A stretch of 64,000 nt of DNA from an uncultured delta proteobacterium (lineage in GTDB: Bacteria > Desulfobacterota > Desulfobacteria > Desulfobacterales > JAFDCJ01): NCBI GenBank assembly GCA_963769935.1, contig CAVYNY010000036.1, positions 21,554-85,553 on the forward strand. The letters run 5' to 3'. The stretch's first letter is position 1; each line of letters begins with the position of its first letter. Of the stretch, positions 19,198 through 28,888 are shown piece after piece. Under the pieces are notes generated by a model, which was given only the letters and a program-made list of their open reading frames with translations, made no database searches and was not told the DNA's origin. A program made the translations under genes and the position numbers.

Positions 19198-20088
19198 CTA
19201 CTTCTTCCTGCCTTTGCCTTTCAGACACACCGCATAACCGAACAGCGCGGCGCCGGCGGCACCTGCAATCTGGGTATCCCACTGGGTTGTCATACGCTCC
19301 ATGCCGATCTTCGCCATCAGGCGATCCATGACGCCTCGATTTTTGGCCATGCCGCCGGTTGCGGCAAATCCGGCTTTGATGCCGAGCCTCTCAACCAGGG
19401 AGAAAATTTGATCGGCCATCGCCCGGCAGTAGGCCGCAAGCACTTGCTCCTTGGGCCATCCTTGGCGCAGCAGGCCGGTGGCTTCAGATTTGGCATATAC
19501 CACGCAGGTGCTGGAAACCGCCTCGGGTTCTTCGCCCTGGTATTCAAAGGATTTATCCCCGGCTTCCTCGATGAATATTCCCAGCAAGTCGGCAAATACC
19601 TCCATGCCGCGACCGGTGCCGGCGGCGCATTTATCGTTCATCAGGAAATTGGTGACTTTGCCTTTTTCGTCGCACTGGATGGCTTTGATATCCTGTCCGC
19701 CGACATCTAAAACCGTCCGGACCCCGGGCCCGTAGATAAAGCGGGCGCCCCTTGCGTGACAGGCAATTTCCGTAACGGATCGATCCGCAAAAGGAACGTT
19801 GACCCGGCCGTAGCCGGTGCCGATGCAGTAATCCATACGATCTTCGGGCATATCGGTCGCCTCCAGGGCAAACTGCAAGGCCTTGCGGGCACTGTTGGAA
19901 CTGTCCGATCCGGTTCGCATATTGCCATAGGCAAATATTTGTCCGTCGATCAGGATGACGGCCTGTGAACTGACCGATCCCACATCGATGCCGATGGTAA
20001 CATACCGGGCGGCTTTCCAATCGAGATCAGGATTCTTCCAGTTGGATTCGGTCCACCGCCAGAAGTCCTGCCTTGGTTTGGCAGTCAT
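19198..20088 (-). CDS. bzdQ: Benzoyl-CoA reductase, bzd-type, subunit Q (ATPase/activase)
   Basis: N-terminal FWRWTESNW...DWK, GIDVGSVSSQAV, NMRTGSDS, FLMNDKCAAGTGRGMEV, CVVYAKSE. Confidence 0.88.
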   Translation of the reverse strand: MTAKPRQDFWRWTESNWKNPDLDWKAARYVTIGIDVGSVSSQAVILIDGQIFAYGNMRTGSDSSNSARKALQFALEATDMPEDRMDYCIGTGYGRVNVPFADRSVTEIACHARGARFIYGPGVRTVLDVGGQDIKAIQCDEKGKVTNFLMNDKCAAGTGRGMEVFADLLGIFIEEAGDKSFEYQGEEPEAVSSTCVVYAKSEATGLLRQGWPKEQVLAAYCRAMADQIFSLVERLGIKAGFAATGGMAKNRGVMDRLMAKIGMERMTTQWDTQIAGAAGAALFGYAVCLKGKGRKK

Positions 20089-20226
20089 TAACTTATACTC
20101 CCATAAGGTAATCGGTTGTTTGTTATTGGCTTTTTCACGGCGAAGCTGCCGCACTCAGAGTGAATTTGATTTAACAGGTTTCCGGGTGTTGCGTCTAATA
20201 ACAAACAATAACCAAAACCAATAACT

Positions 20227-21006
20227 TCAAAATCGGCCTTTTTCAACCGCCACCACCGCAGCTCCCACGGCCGCCCCATACTCCGGCTCATCGGGGATCA
20301 ATATATTTTCGATCTTAAGCTCCCGTCTCAAGGCCGCTATAAATCCCGGGTTGCACCCGACGCCGCCGAGCATGGCCATATCCTCATTGACGCCGATGCG
20401 CCGAATCATCGTTGCAATGCGGCCGGCCATGGCATCGTGAATGGCCTTGCTGATATCCGGTTTGTCCGTTTTGGCGTGAATCAAGCCGACGACCTCGGAT
20501 TCGGCAAAAATCACACACTGGGCGTTCATGGGGATCTTTTTATTCGATTGCAGACTCAGCGGGCCCATCTCTTCAATGCCGACTTCAAGAGCGCGGGCCA
20601 TGGCCTCGAAAAAGGCACCGGCACCGGCGGCACACTTTTCATTGACGGCAAAATCTACCGGGTTGCCTTTTTCATCGATTCGGGCGGCTCGGCCTTCCTC
20701 GGCCCCGACATCGATGACCGTCCGGGCCGTGGGGGAAAAAAAATTGGCGCCTTTGGCCATGGCCTTGATGTCGTCGACATCATCATCCGCCATTTTTATC
20801 GAATTTTTGCCGGAGCCGGTCCTACCGATCCTCAGGATGTCTTCCCGGGCAATACCGGCCGCCTGGACGGCTTTGTCCAGAGAATCTGCAACCGCTTTCT
20901 CCCGGTCAAATCCTGTCAGGACCTTACCCTGGCCGACGATTTTACCGTCCTTCAGAATAACCGTTTTGGTGGTTTTGGCTCCACAATCTATTCCTGCTGT
21001 TATCAC
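20227..21006 (-). CDS. bzdP: Benzoyl-CoA reductase, bzd-type, subunit P (ATPase/activase)
   Basis: GIDCGAK, DVGAEEGRA, NEKCAAGAGAF, MNAQCVIFAESEVVGLIH; adjacent to bzdQ. Confidence 0.82.
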   Translation of the reverse strand: MITAGIDCGAKTTKTVILKDGKIVGQGKVLTGFDREKAVADSLDKAVQAAGIAREDILRIGRTGSGKNSIKMADDDVDDIKAMAKGANFFSPTARTVIDVGAEEGRAARIDEKGNPVDFAVNEKCAAGAGAFFEAMARALEVGIEEMGPLSLQSNKKIPMNAQCVIFAESEVVGLIHAKTDKPDISKAIHDAMAGRIATMIRRIGVNEDMAMLGGVGCNPGFIAALRRELKIENILIPDEPEYGAAVGAAVVAVEKGRF

Positions 21007-21308
21007 TTTCTAAGCTCCATATTTTGAGGAAATGGAAACCGCCGGTAAAGATCACCCAAAAAACCGCTGAACCGAACCCCATGGATCGCACCCATTAAAT
21101 CACCGATGTCTGCAGCGGATTCGATAATCCGAACCGGCCGTTGGGTCTGATAAAAGCGTACTTCATCCCATTCAGCGATGTTCTTCAAATTCTCACAAAA
21201 ATTTTCGGTAAACAAAAATTAGCGGTCACAAAGCAGCATGTCGGATTCAATATTAAAGAATCCAAAAGCAATGGTTCCATGACTGAGAGAGCCAAAGGCC
21301 AGCGGCAT
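21003..21308 (-). pseudogene. Degraded hypothetical gene (internal TAA, probably 3'-truncated)
   Basis: AGGAG RBS, then MPLAFGSLSHGTIAFGFFNIESDMLLCDR*FLFTENFC...GFLGDLYRRFPFP. Stop at 21219-21221; the frame runs straight into the bzdP start. Confidence 0.6.
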
Positions 21309-21488
21309 CAGTCATACTCCTTTTTGGTTCAGGATAAAGAGGTCAGAAAAAAAGTGCTGCGTTTTGAGCACTCAGAGTATTGAAATCGCAAGACGAAATT
21401 GGGATTAATTAATATTGCCAACCGCCTTGAGCCGTGCGCCCTGCGCCTTTAGCCTTTTACCTTTTACTTTGCCTTTACCTTTTACCTT

Positions 21489-22022
21489 TCACAATTTCTG
21501 CCTACCGCCTGCCGCCTTCAAGAAAAACCGCCACCGACAATGCTCATGGGCTGGATGGGGATCCGGCGGGGCAAATAGACATTCGACTTGGATACGCGCG
21601 TCAATTTCCCGGGCAAAGGTGGAAAATTCGGCGCGGTGCATTTCCCGGCAGTCATATTCATCAAGGCCCCTTCTGGTGCGCGCCGCCTGGGTCGGGCACG
21701 ATGGAACCGAAATGAACACTTCATCCTGCTCCTGCCGGATTTGGTAACCCACCAGAATGCACCACGGAAAAAATTTTAAAGTCTTTACAAATCCATCCAG
21801 ACCTTTTTCACTGATATTAAACCGCTTGACAAGATCTTTGGCGGCCATTGCCGCCACTTTACCCCACACTCTTTCATTCAGCTGATCGGCGGTGGACTGG
21901 TCGGATTGCTCGGCACTATACAGATACCAGAAGGCATCAACCACGCGATAATGCCACAAAAGAAATTGGATATATTGACGAAGTTCCGGTGCTTCCATCT
22001 TTTCAAAGATTTCCAGTTCCAT
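21489..22022 (-). CDS. DUF6125-like (V4R-related) protein
   Basis: [33 protein letters not shown]...CRWRF. Confidence 0.75.
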   Translation of the reverse strand: MELEIFEKMEAPELRQYIQFLLWHYRVVDAFWYLYSAEQSDQSTADQLNERVWGKVAAMAAKDLVKRFNISEKGLDGFVKTLKFFPWCILVGYQIRQEQDEVFISVPSCPTQAARTRRGLDEYDCREMHRAEFSTFAREIDARIQVECLFAPPDPHPAHEHCRWRFFLKAAGGRQKL

Positions 22023-22559
22023 AAAAGTCTCTCCTTTCATAACCCCATCCGAAAAAGATCACCCGGCAGGCTTTTTGCGGGTCGCGGCGGCCGATTAAGA
22101 TGTTCCCGATCGACCCCGCGGCATCGGCACCGACATACTGCTTATCACAGGAAGCGGCTGTAAACAAGTAAACCGAATTTTCAATAACTGAATCGAGGTC
22201 ATCACAGGTAGAACATACAGTTGTCGGAATTAGGGTGCACAACACAATATGAAACTTATCTAATAATCGTTATTCAGCAATTATGGTAAATTCACAATCT
22301 GTCCGGAATTAGTCGATAAACTAAATTTAGTTAATTATTTCAGTTTTTTACAAAATTACTATTGACTTGATTTCATTATTGTCTTACAGAGAAACCAAGC
22401 GGAAAAATTAGAAAATATATCTACTTTGGTACAAAAGCGAACCTTTATTAAATTGATTGTCACCAGTGTTCAACCGGTCGATTTGAGGAATTATCGGCAA
22501 CAACAAATGGAAAGTACACCTTTTGAAACGGTAAATCAAAAAAGGTATAGGGTTGAAAT

Positions 22560-24002
22560 ATGGAGACCGCAAAAGAGCAGCTTCAATTCATTGACGCACG
22601 CACTGAAGTAAGCCTGCAGGAAAAAACTTTCCTGGTGCAGGGAGCCGCAAAAATTCCCATCAATGCTGAACGCGCCTCGAAGTATTCGCTCTTCTTTCGG
22701 TATACGGAGGATAAACAACTCTACGACTCAAACCAGCCGGTCAACCTGCTGATTAATAACAATGGTGATAGCTTCGAGGTCGGCCCCTGCAGGATTCTTA
22801 CGGGATCCGATATGAACGGGTATTCCGGCTGCCTGGTCTTTACCCATGATACCTATGACGTCGAGAGTCTGCTTTCTAAAAATAAGGTTATAAGGCTGCA
22901 GCTCCCGATCAACGATCTTCACCTTGCATTGGCGCGTAAGAATAAGGTCCGGCCGGCGTTTAAAGAATATATTGCCAATCTTTCCTATGACTTGAGCGTA
23001 TATAAAAAACTGTTTGATGATCTGGATTTAAAATACAGCGAAGAACCTGACGTGGTAAAAATCGCCGTTCAAAAAGCCATTGTCGAGTCGGAAGGTCCGG
23101 ATTTTAGAGAATTCTTTGAAGAAAAACTGGACGAATTAAAAAAAATTGTGGAAGGATTCACTCCGGAAGAACATCAGCTTCATGGATTTTATTTCCGAAA
23201 ACAACTCTGGAATTATATCATCAGCTGTCCTTTTACAGCTCGCGCTGCATTAAAACCCAGAGGATACCCCGGAGATTCCGGATTGATGCGGATGGTATAC
23301 TTAAATAATTACCAGGGAGATTCGACCTTTTCAAAATTAGCCCATAAACACGCCGTTGAGCATACAGCGGCGCAATCGGTGCGATATAGAATAGCCCTAA
23401 TCCCACAAATGCTCAATAATTTAGCAATTTCTCCCCCGATGCCGGCCTCGGAAAGGCTCAAAGTTTTATCGGTAGGCTGTGGTCCTGCCTTTGAGCTTCA
23501 GCAAATCCTAAAATCTTCGCAGGATTGCGAAAAATATTATTTTAAATTATTTGACCAGGATCCTGCGGCCCTTGCCGAGGCAGCCGAGGTAGCAAGCGGA
23601 ATAGAGAAAAAATTAGGCGCCGCACCCGCAGTAGAATACGTACAGGGGTCTGTCAGATTAATGCTTTTCTCCCGCCAGCTCAAGCAGAAGTGGGGCCGAT
23701 TCCATTTTATTTATTCCATGGGTCTGTTTGACTACCTGAATTCCCGGGTAGCAGCTGCCGTGCTTGATCGCCTTTATCGATTACTGAAACCGGGCGGCGA
23801 GTTGGTAGTCGGAAACTTTCATGTATCGAACGCTTCAAGATATTATATGCAATACTGGGGCAATTGGGTCCTTTTGCATCGCACAGAAAAAGAATTCAAG
23901 AGTTTGTTCCAGAATAATTCATGCGCCGAAGTTTCCGTACTTTATGATAAAACAGGAAGTCAAATGTTTCTACACATCAAAAAGCCCAGAGCGAACGTCT
24001 AA
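22560..24002 (+). CDS. Class I SAM-dependent methyltransferase, PhcB-like (3-hydroxy fatty acid methyl ester synthase family)
   Basis: KPRGYPGDSGLM, AQSVRYR, VLSVGCGPAFE, FDQD, YSMGLFDYL, LKPGGELVVGNF, WVLLHRT. Confidence 0.8.
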   Translation: METAKEQLQFIDARTEVSLQEKTFLVQGAAKIPINAERASKYSLFFRYTEDKQLYDSNQPVNLLINNNGDSFEVGPCRILTGSDMNGYSGCLVFTHDTYDVESLLSKNKVIRLQLPINDLHLALARKNKVRPAFKEYIANLSYDLSVYKKLFDDLDLKYSEEPDVVKIAVQKAIVESEGPDFREFFEEKLDELKKIVEGFTPEEHQLHGFYFRKQLWNYIISCPFTARAALKPRGYPGDSGLMRMVYLNNYQGDSTFSKLAHKHAVEHTAAQSVRYRIALIPQMLNNLAISPPMPASERLKVLSVGCGPAFELQQILKSSQDCEKYYFKLFDQDPAALAEAAEVASGIEKKLGAAPAVEYVQGSVRLMLFSRQLKQKWGRFHFIYSMGLFDYLNSRVAAAVLDRLYRLLKPGGELVVGNFHVSNASRYYMQYWGNWVLLHRTEKEFKSLFQNNSCAEVSVLYDKTGSQMFLHIKKPRANV

Positions 24003-24277
24003 TTCAAAAAGCGGCCGGTAATCCGGTTTAACCCTGCTGACTTTCAATTCAATCCGAACCACCTCCGACCGTCTTGGGAACTTACCCGATAGCCACAAAA
24101 TTGATTCAAATCAGCTAATCGCCGACAGACGTCAATCCATTGACTGTGCCTGGTGTAAAAGCTTATCACAGATAAAATCTCTGCCTTCCGGAAGAGACTT
24201 AACAGATTCCCGGTATTCAGAATATAATAACTTCACGGCCGGTTGCAGCTTCCACAAATTCGATATAGCACTCATAC

Positions 24278-24293
24278 TGGCACATAAATTGCT
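24278..24293 (+). promoter_or_regulatory. Sigma54 (-24/-12) promoter
   Basis: TGGCAC-ATAAA-TTGCT, consensus match about 57 nt upstream of 24351. Confidence 0.75.
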
Positions 24294-24350
24294 TCGAATT
24301 ATAGTGCCAGTTCCATAATCTTCCGTAACTTAAAATAATCGGGAAAAAGG

Positions 24351-24866
24351 ATGCCTATGGACAAATCGATAGAGTTTGAATTAAAATATAACAGCGGCGA
24401 GACAGAAAAGTTGGAACAAAAATGCACTAAATTCTTGAAATATCACGGATGTCCGGATGTTACAATTCAAGCCCAGATTATGATACTCAGGGAACTCATC
24501 ATAAGCGGTGAGAAACTTGACGGCCGCAGGTCCGCCGAATTTGAAATGACCGTGCATTTGCACATGGAAAACGATTCGATCACAGTCGAAATAAGGAAGC
24601 CTGTTGACGAATCCACCTATGGCAAGTTGCAGGAGTTGGATAAAACAATTCAATGGATCCGGGGCTGTCAGGACCCGTTGGAGCCCTATATGTTGAAGCA
24701 GGACGCGACCGCCGATACCTCTCACATCTCGGGATCGAGCGGTTTTGCTCTCGCCCGCTTGGCACATGAAGCAAACGCAATTATTGACTTCTATGTCAGC
24801 GAGGACAATATTTTAAATTTGTCAGCCGTTAGAAACCTTGATGCCGACGGTATAAATGTTGGTTAG
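24351..24866 (+). CDS. Degenerate HATPase_c-like (anti-sigma/SiaB-like) small protein
   Basis: ILRELIISGEK at the N-box position; SGFALARLAHEA at the G-box position; immediately upstream of the kinase. Confidence 0.55.
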   Translation: MPMDKSIEFELKYNSGETEKLEQKCTKFLKYHGCPDVTIQAQIMILRELIISGEKLDGRRSAEFEMTVHLHMENDSITVEIRKPVDESTYGKLQELDKTIQWIRGCQDPLEPYMLKQDATADTSHISGSSGFALARLAHEANAIIDFYVSEDNILNLSAVRNLDADGINVG

Positions 24867-24883
24867 AATAGGGATATCGCTAA

Positions 24884-26854
24884 TTGGCGAACACGACATC
24901 CCCCCACCATAAATTTCAAATAAATTGGCTTACGCTTTCTTTTCCGAAAAATCTTGAAAAGGCCTTTCAGGACAGCTATTTCCAAAATTCCCTGCGGCAG
25001 GTTCGTATCGCATTGCTGTTGGGTTTATCACTTTACAGCGTTTTCGGAATCCTGGATGCATGGCTGGTGCCCGATGCAAAGTACAAGCTCTGGCTAATCC
25101 GCTATGCCATTTTCGCTCCCTATGTAATCGCCCTATACTTGCTGTCCTTCTCGCCGCATTTCAAAAAATACATGCAGCTGTCCATTGCCGTCGGGGTAAC
25201 GATCGCCGGCTTGGGTATCACCGTCATGATACTGGTCGCGCCTTTCCCGGCAAGCTACTCTTACTATGCTGGATTATTGCTTGTTTTTATTTACGGATAT
25301 ACCTTCGTTAAACTTAGGTTTGTATGGGCATCGTTTGCCGGGTGGCTAATCGTGTTGTCTTACGAGATTGCGGCCATTTGGTTAAGCCCGACACCGATTC
25401 CAATTCTCGTCAACAACAACTTCTTCTTTCTCTCCGGCAACATATTGGGGATGTTTGCCTGCTACTCGATAGAATTCTATTCGCGCCGTGATTTTATGCA
25501 GGCCCATCTATTGAAAGCCGAAAGGAAAAAAGTCACCGCCGTCAACCTGGAGCTGGAAAACAGAGTGCAGGAGCGTACCGCTCAACTGGTCAACACCAAC
25601 CAGGAGCTGAAACAAGAAATTGCAGAACGCAAACGGGCTGAAAATGAACGACGATATCTGGAAACTCAGCTGCGTAAATCTCAAAAAATGGAGGCGATCG
25701 GCACCCTGGCCGGCGGCGTGGCCCATGATCTCAACAACATCCTGTCCGGCCTGGTGAGCTACCCGGAGCTATTACTTCTGGATCTCCCCGCGGACAGCCC
25801 CTTGCAGCAGCCATTATTGACGATTCAGGAGTCCGGGCACAAAGCAGCCGCCATTGTTCAGGATTTATTGACCCTGGCCAGAAGGGGCGTCTCCGTCACC
25901 GAGGTGATGAACCTGAATCGGTTAATCGGTAAGTATTTAAACAGCCCCGAAAATTATAAGATTTTAGGATACCACCCTGCAATAAAAGTTACCGTCCGCC
26001 TGCAGGAAGATTTATTCAACATCATGGGATCACCCGTTCATCTTTCTAAGACGATTATGAATCTGGTCTGCAACGCAGCGGAAGCCATGCCCAACGGCGG
26101 AGAAATACTGATTGCCACCACCAATCGTTATCTCGATAAATCCATAAAAGGCTTTGAAGCTGTTGATGAAGGCGATTACGTGACGCTTACGGTTTCCGAC
26201 ACCGGCATCGGAATTTCTCCCCAGGACATCGAACGCATATTTGAACCCTTCTACACCAATAAAACCATGGGGCGCAGCGGAACCGGTCTGGGCATGGCCG
26301 TGGTTTGGGGAACCGTGAAAGATCATAACGGCTATATTGATGTGAAAAGCGAACTGGGCTTGGGAACCACCTTTACACTTTATTTTCCTGTCACCCGCCA
26401 AGCCATGGCTGAAGAAATACCCAGGATATCGCCGGAAAAATACAAAGGTCACGGCGAGTCGATTTTAATTGTTGACGATATTAAGCAGCAGAGGGATATC
26501 GCGTCGGAAATGCTCAAAAAATTGGGCTATAATGTGATATCGGTCCCCAGCGGTGAAGAAGCGCTCAAATACCTGAAAGAAAATGAAGCCGATCTGCTGG
26601 TGCTGGATATGATTATGAACCCCGGAATGAACGGTCTTGAAACCTACAAAAAAATTCTGCATTATCATCCCGAGCAAAGAGCCGTCATCGCCAGCGGGTT
26701 TTCGGATTCCGAGCTGGTAAGGGAAGCCCACAGCATGGGCGTTGGAACTTACGTTAAAAAGCCCTACTCCTTTGAAAAGATCGGCGTGGCCGTCAGGGAC
26801 GAGCTGGCGAGGCAGGATCCCCGCCGACGCAAATCGATCGTTTTTACAACCTGA
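24884..26854 (+). CDS. Hybrid sensor histidine kinase / response regulator with 6TM N-terminal anchor
   Basis: Six TM segments, coiled coil, GGVAHDLNN (H-box), NAAEAM, DTGIGI, GTGLGM, C-terminal receiver (VDD, LDMIMNPG, KP). Confidence 0.93.
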   Translation: MANTTSPHHKFQINWLTLSFPKNLEKAFQDSYFQNSLRQVRIALLLGLSLYSVFGILDAWLVPDAKYKLWLIRYAIFAPYVIALYLLSFSPHFKKYMQLSIAVGVTIAGLGITVMILVAPFPASYSYYAGLLLVFIYGYTFVKLRFVWASFAGWLIVLSYEIAAIWLSPTPIPILVNNNFFFLSGNILGMFACYSIEFYSRRDFMQAHLLKAERKKVTAVNLELENRVQERTAQLVNTNQELKQEIAERKRAENERRYLETQLRKSQKMEAIGTLAGGVAHDLNNILSGLVSYPELLLLDLPADSPLQQPLLTIQESGHKAAAIVQDLLTLARRGVSVTEVMNLNRLIGKYLNSPENYKILGYHPAIKVTVRLQEDLFNIMGSPVHLSKTIMNLVCNAAEAMPNGGEILIATTNRYLDKSIKGFEAVDEGDYVTLTVSDTGIGISPQDIERIFEPFYTNKTMGRSGTGLGMAVVWGTVKDHNGYIDVKSELGLGTTFTLYFPVTRQAMAEEIPRISPEKYKGHGESILIVDDIKQQRDIASEMLKKLGYNVISVPSGEEALKYLKENEADLLVLDMIMNPGMNGLETYKKILHYHPEQRAVIASGFSDSELVREAHSMGVGTYVKKPYSFEKIGVAVRDELARQDPRRRKSIVFTT

Positions 26855-28046
26855 TAAAGCCGCTAAAAATCGATCCAGCCATGATCAGCCCTCCCACAAG
26901 CGCAATGCCCAACCCGAATGAATAAAAATCTCCGATAATGCCGATCAGCATTGGTGCCGCTCCACCGCCCATCAAAAAAGCGAAGGGGACCGTGAATGAA
27001 ATCATAATGCTTCTCTCTTTGGCTGAACTGACCATGGACAACGCCGACAGTCCGGCGGGAAAAAAGCAAACCGCCATGGCCGGCTGCAGAAAGACGGCGA
27101 CGGTGACCCATGATGAAGATGCCAGACCGATGAAGATGGTCATGGTTCCGGTCAATACCAGGACAAGCCTTATAACTCGTTTCGGACCGAAATTATCCGC
27201 CGCCCACCCGCCGGCCAGCGCCATAAATGGCCCGGCTATTCTCGAAACAGCGATCAGAGTATTGGCCCAGTCCAGATCCAGACCGTGGTCGCTTACCAGG
27301 TAAAGCGGCAGCATGGTGTAAATCCCGAGGGTGCCGCTGATGCCCAGACTGAATAGAATCACCATAATCCAGAAGGAAGGGTTCGCTAAAATCTGCCGGA
27401 ATGATGAATACCCGACGGATTCACCGCAAAAGTCGCCGCCCCGCCCGAACCGGATAAAGATCAATGCCAGTAAAAGCGCGCCGATTCCGAGCACCAGGAA
27501 AACCGTGCGCCAGGAAAACCAGAGCAAAAAAATTTCAGCTATCACCGGCGCCAGCACGAAACTGAGATTGGGCGCCATTTCATGAATGGCGATCGCCTTG
27601 CCCCATTGCCGGGGCTTGATTAAAGTGGTCAGGGTGGCCAGCCCGGACGGTAAATAAGGGCCGGCCGCCATTCCCAGCGCGACTAATCCCAAGCGCATAC
27701 CCCACAAGCCCGAGCTGAAGGAAGTGAATAACAAGGCCACGCCCGAGGCGATGCTGGAAAAGATAATCGTTCTGCGATGGGTCAGGCGGGACGAAATAAA
27801 TCCCGATGCCAACAATGTCGTGAAGTATCCCACCGAAATCAAGAGAAAGAGAGAACCCGCTTCGGCATTGCTCAAGGCCAGATCGGATTTGACTCTGGGC
27901 ATCAGGGGGGCCAGGACAATGCGGGATAAAAAACTGACAAAAAAGATGGAAGTGAGAAGCAAAAGCGGCGGCAGCCGGGCAAAAAATGTCTCCCCGGCGT
28001 GAGGCTCGGTATCGTCGACGTCCGGCCGGGGCGAGCTAGTCGTCAT
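26844..28046 (-). CDS. MFS transporter
   Basis: About 12 hydrophobic segments; GFISSRLTHRR and GWAADNFGPKR MFS motifs. Confidence 0.88.
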   Translation of the reverse strand: MTTSSPRPDVDDTEPHAGETFFARLPPLLLLTSIFFVSFLSRIVLAPLMPRVKSDLALSNAEAGSLFLLISVGYFTTLLASGFISSRLTHRRTIIFSSIASGVALLFTSFSSGLWGMRLGLVALGMAAGPYLPSGLATLTTLIKPRQWGKAIAIHEMAPNLSFVLAPVIAEIFLLWFSWRTVFLVLGIGALLLALIFIRFGRGGDFCGESVGYSSFRQILANPSFWIMVILFSLGISGTLGIYTMLPLYLVSDHGLDLDWANTLIAVSRIAGPFMALAGGWAADNFGPKRVIRLVLVLTGTMTIFIGLASSSWVTVAVFLQPAMAVCFFPAGLSALSMVSSAKERSIMISFTVPFAFLMGGGAAPMLIGIIGDFYSFGLGIALVGGLIMAGSIFSGFIRL

Positions 28047-28836
28047 ATTCGCATTGCCCATTCAGATCATATACCTCTATAATCGGCGGATCAAACAGAA
28101 CCTGTCCGATAACAAGGCGCTTTAATCCGGTATTATCCAGCCTTCGCAAGATTCGGGCAATTCCTCGTCCTGCCGCAAGATTTTGGGGGACATCCGCCTG
28201 GTTGCAAAAAGCGATGCGCGCAGCTTCAACTGGTGCATTCTTAAATATCCCGTTTTTGTCGACCAGGAGATTTGCGACGGCGGTATCAGTGACATCCGCC
28301 CCCGGTTCAAGCCCTGTCACTTCAATAAATTGAGGCCGCCTGAAAACCCACTGATCGTTCAAGGGTTGGCCGAGGCCATTTAGACCCACAAGTCCCACCA
28401 GGTGTGTCGTACAACCCGGAATAACCGGTTCATGGTCGGCCGGCACTTTCAACGGTCGGCCGGCCGCCCCATCGGCTTCCACGATAATCCATCGAAACAA
28501 CCGACTCTTGCGGATATCATCGACAATTTCGGGTAAAAAACCGCCAAGTTTACCCTGCTCCGGCAGTCTTGCGGCAGCGGCGCAGATATGCGCCTGATTT
28601 TTCAGCAGTACCTGCGCCTGCGCCAGCAGCCCTGATGCGGATTCGGCCAATATCACCCGGGTCGCCTGATCCGGTGTAGGCTCAAAAATTTTAGTGGTTG
28701 TGGTGGTCAGAACGGTCTCCCCGGCTTTTGTCAATTCACGGGCCAGTCTGAACATCAGGCTGGTTTTACCGCCCGCCCCCACCAGGCTGACGACCCCGCC
28801 GTCCGCCAACATTAACCCTTCCTGCAGTGAAACCAA
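28036..28836 (-). CDS. yqeC: Selenium cofactor biosynthesis protein YqeC
   Basis: SLVGAGGKTSLM, TTTTKI, VEADGAAGRPLKVPADHEPVIP. Confidence 0.9.
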   Translation of the reverse strand: MVSLQEGLMLADGGVVSLVGAGGKTSLMFRLARELTKAGETVLTTTTTKIFEPTPDQATRVILAESASGLLAQAQVLLKNQAHICAAAARLPEQGKLGGFLPEIVDDIRKSRLFRWIIVEADGAAGRPLKVPADHEPVIPGCTTHLVGLVGLNGLGQPLNDQWVFRRPQFIEVTGLEPGADVTDTAVANLLVDKNGIFKNAPVEAARIAFCNQADVPQNLAAGRGIARILRRLDNTGLKRLVIGQVLFDPPIIEVYDLNGQCEYDD

Positions 28837-28888
28837 ATTTTGTTACCTTCATTCCCAGAGCAAAGAAGGCTGGCCCTGAGGAAAGTTC

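Noticed and set aside
21219..21221. Selenocysteine or pyrrolysine read-through in the interrupted gene
   Set aside because: The stop is TAA, not TGA or TAG.
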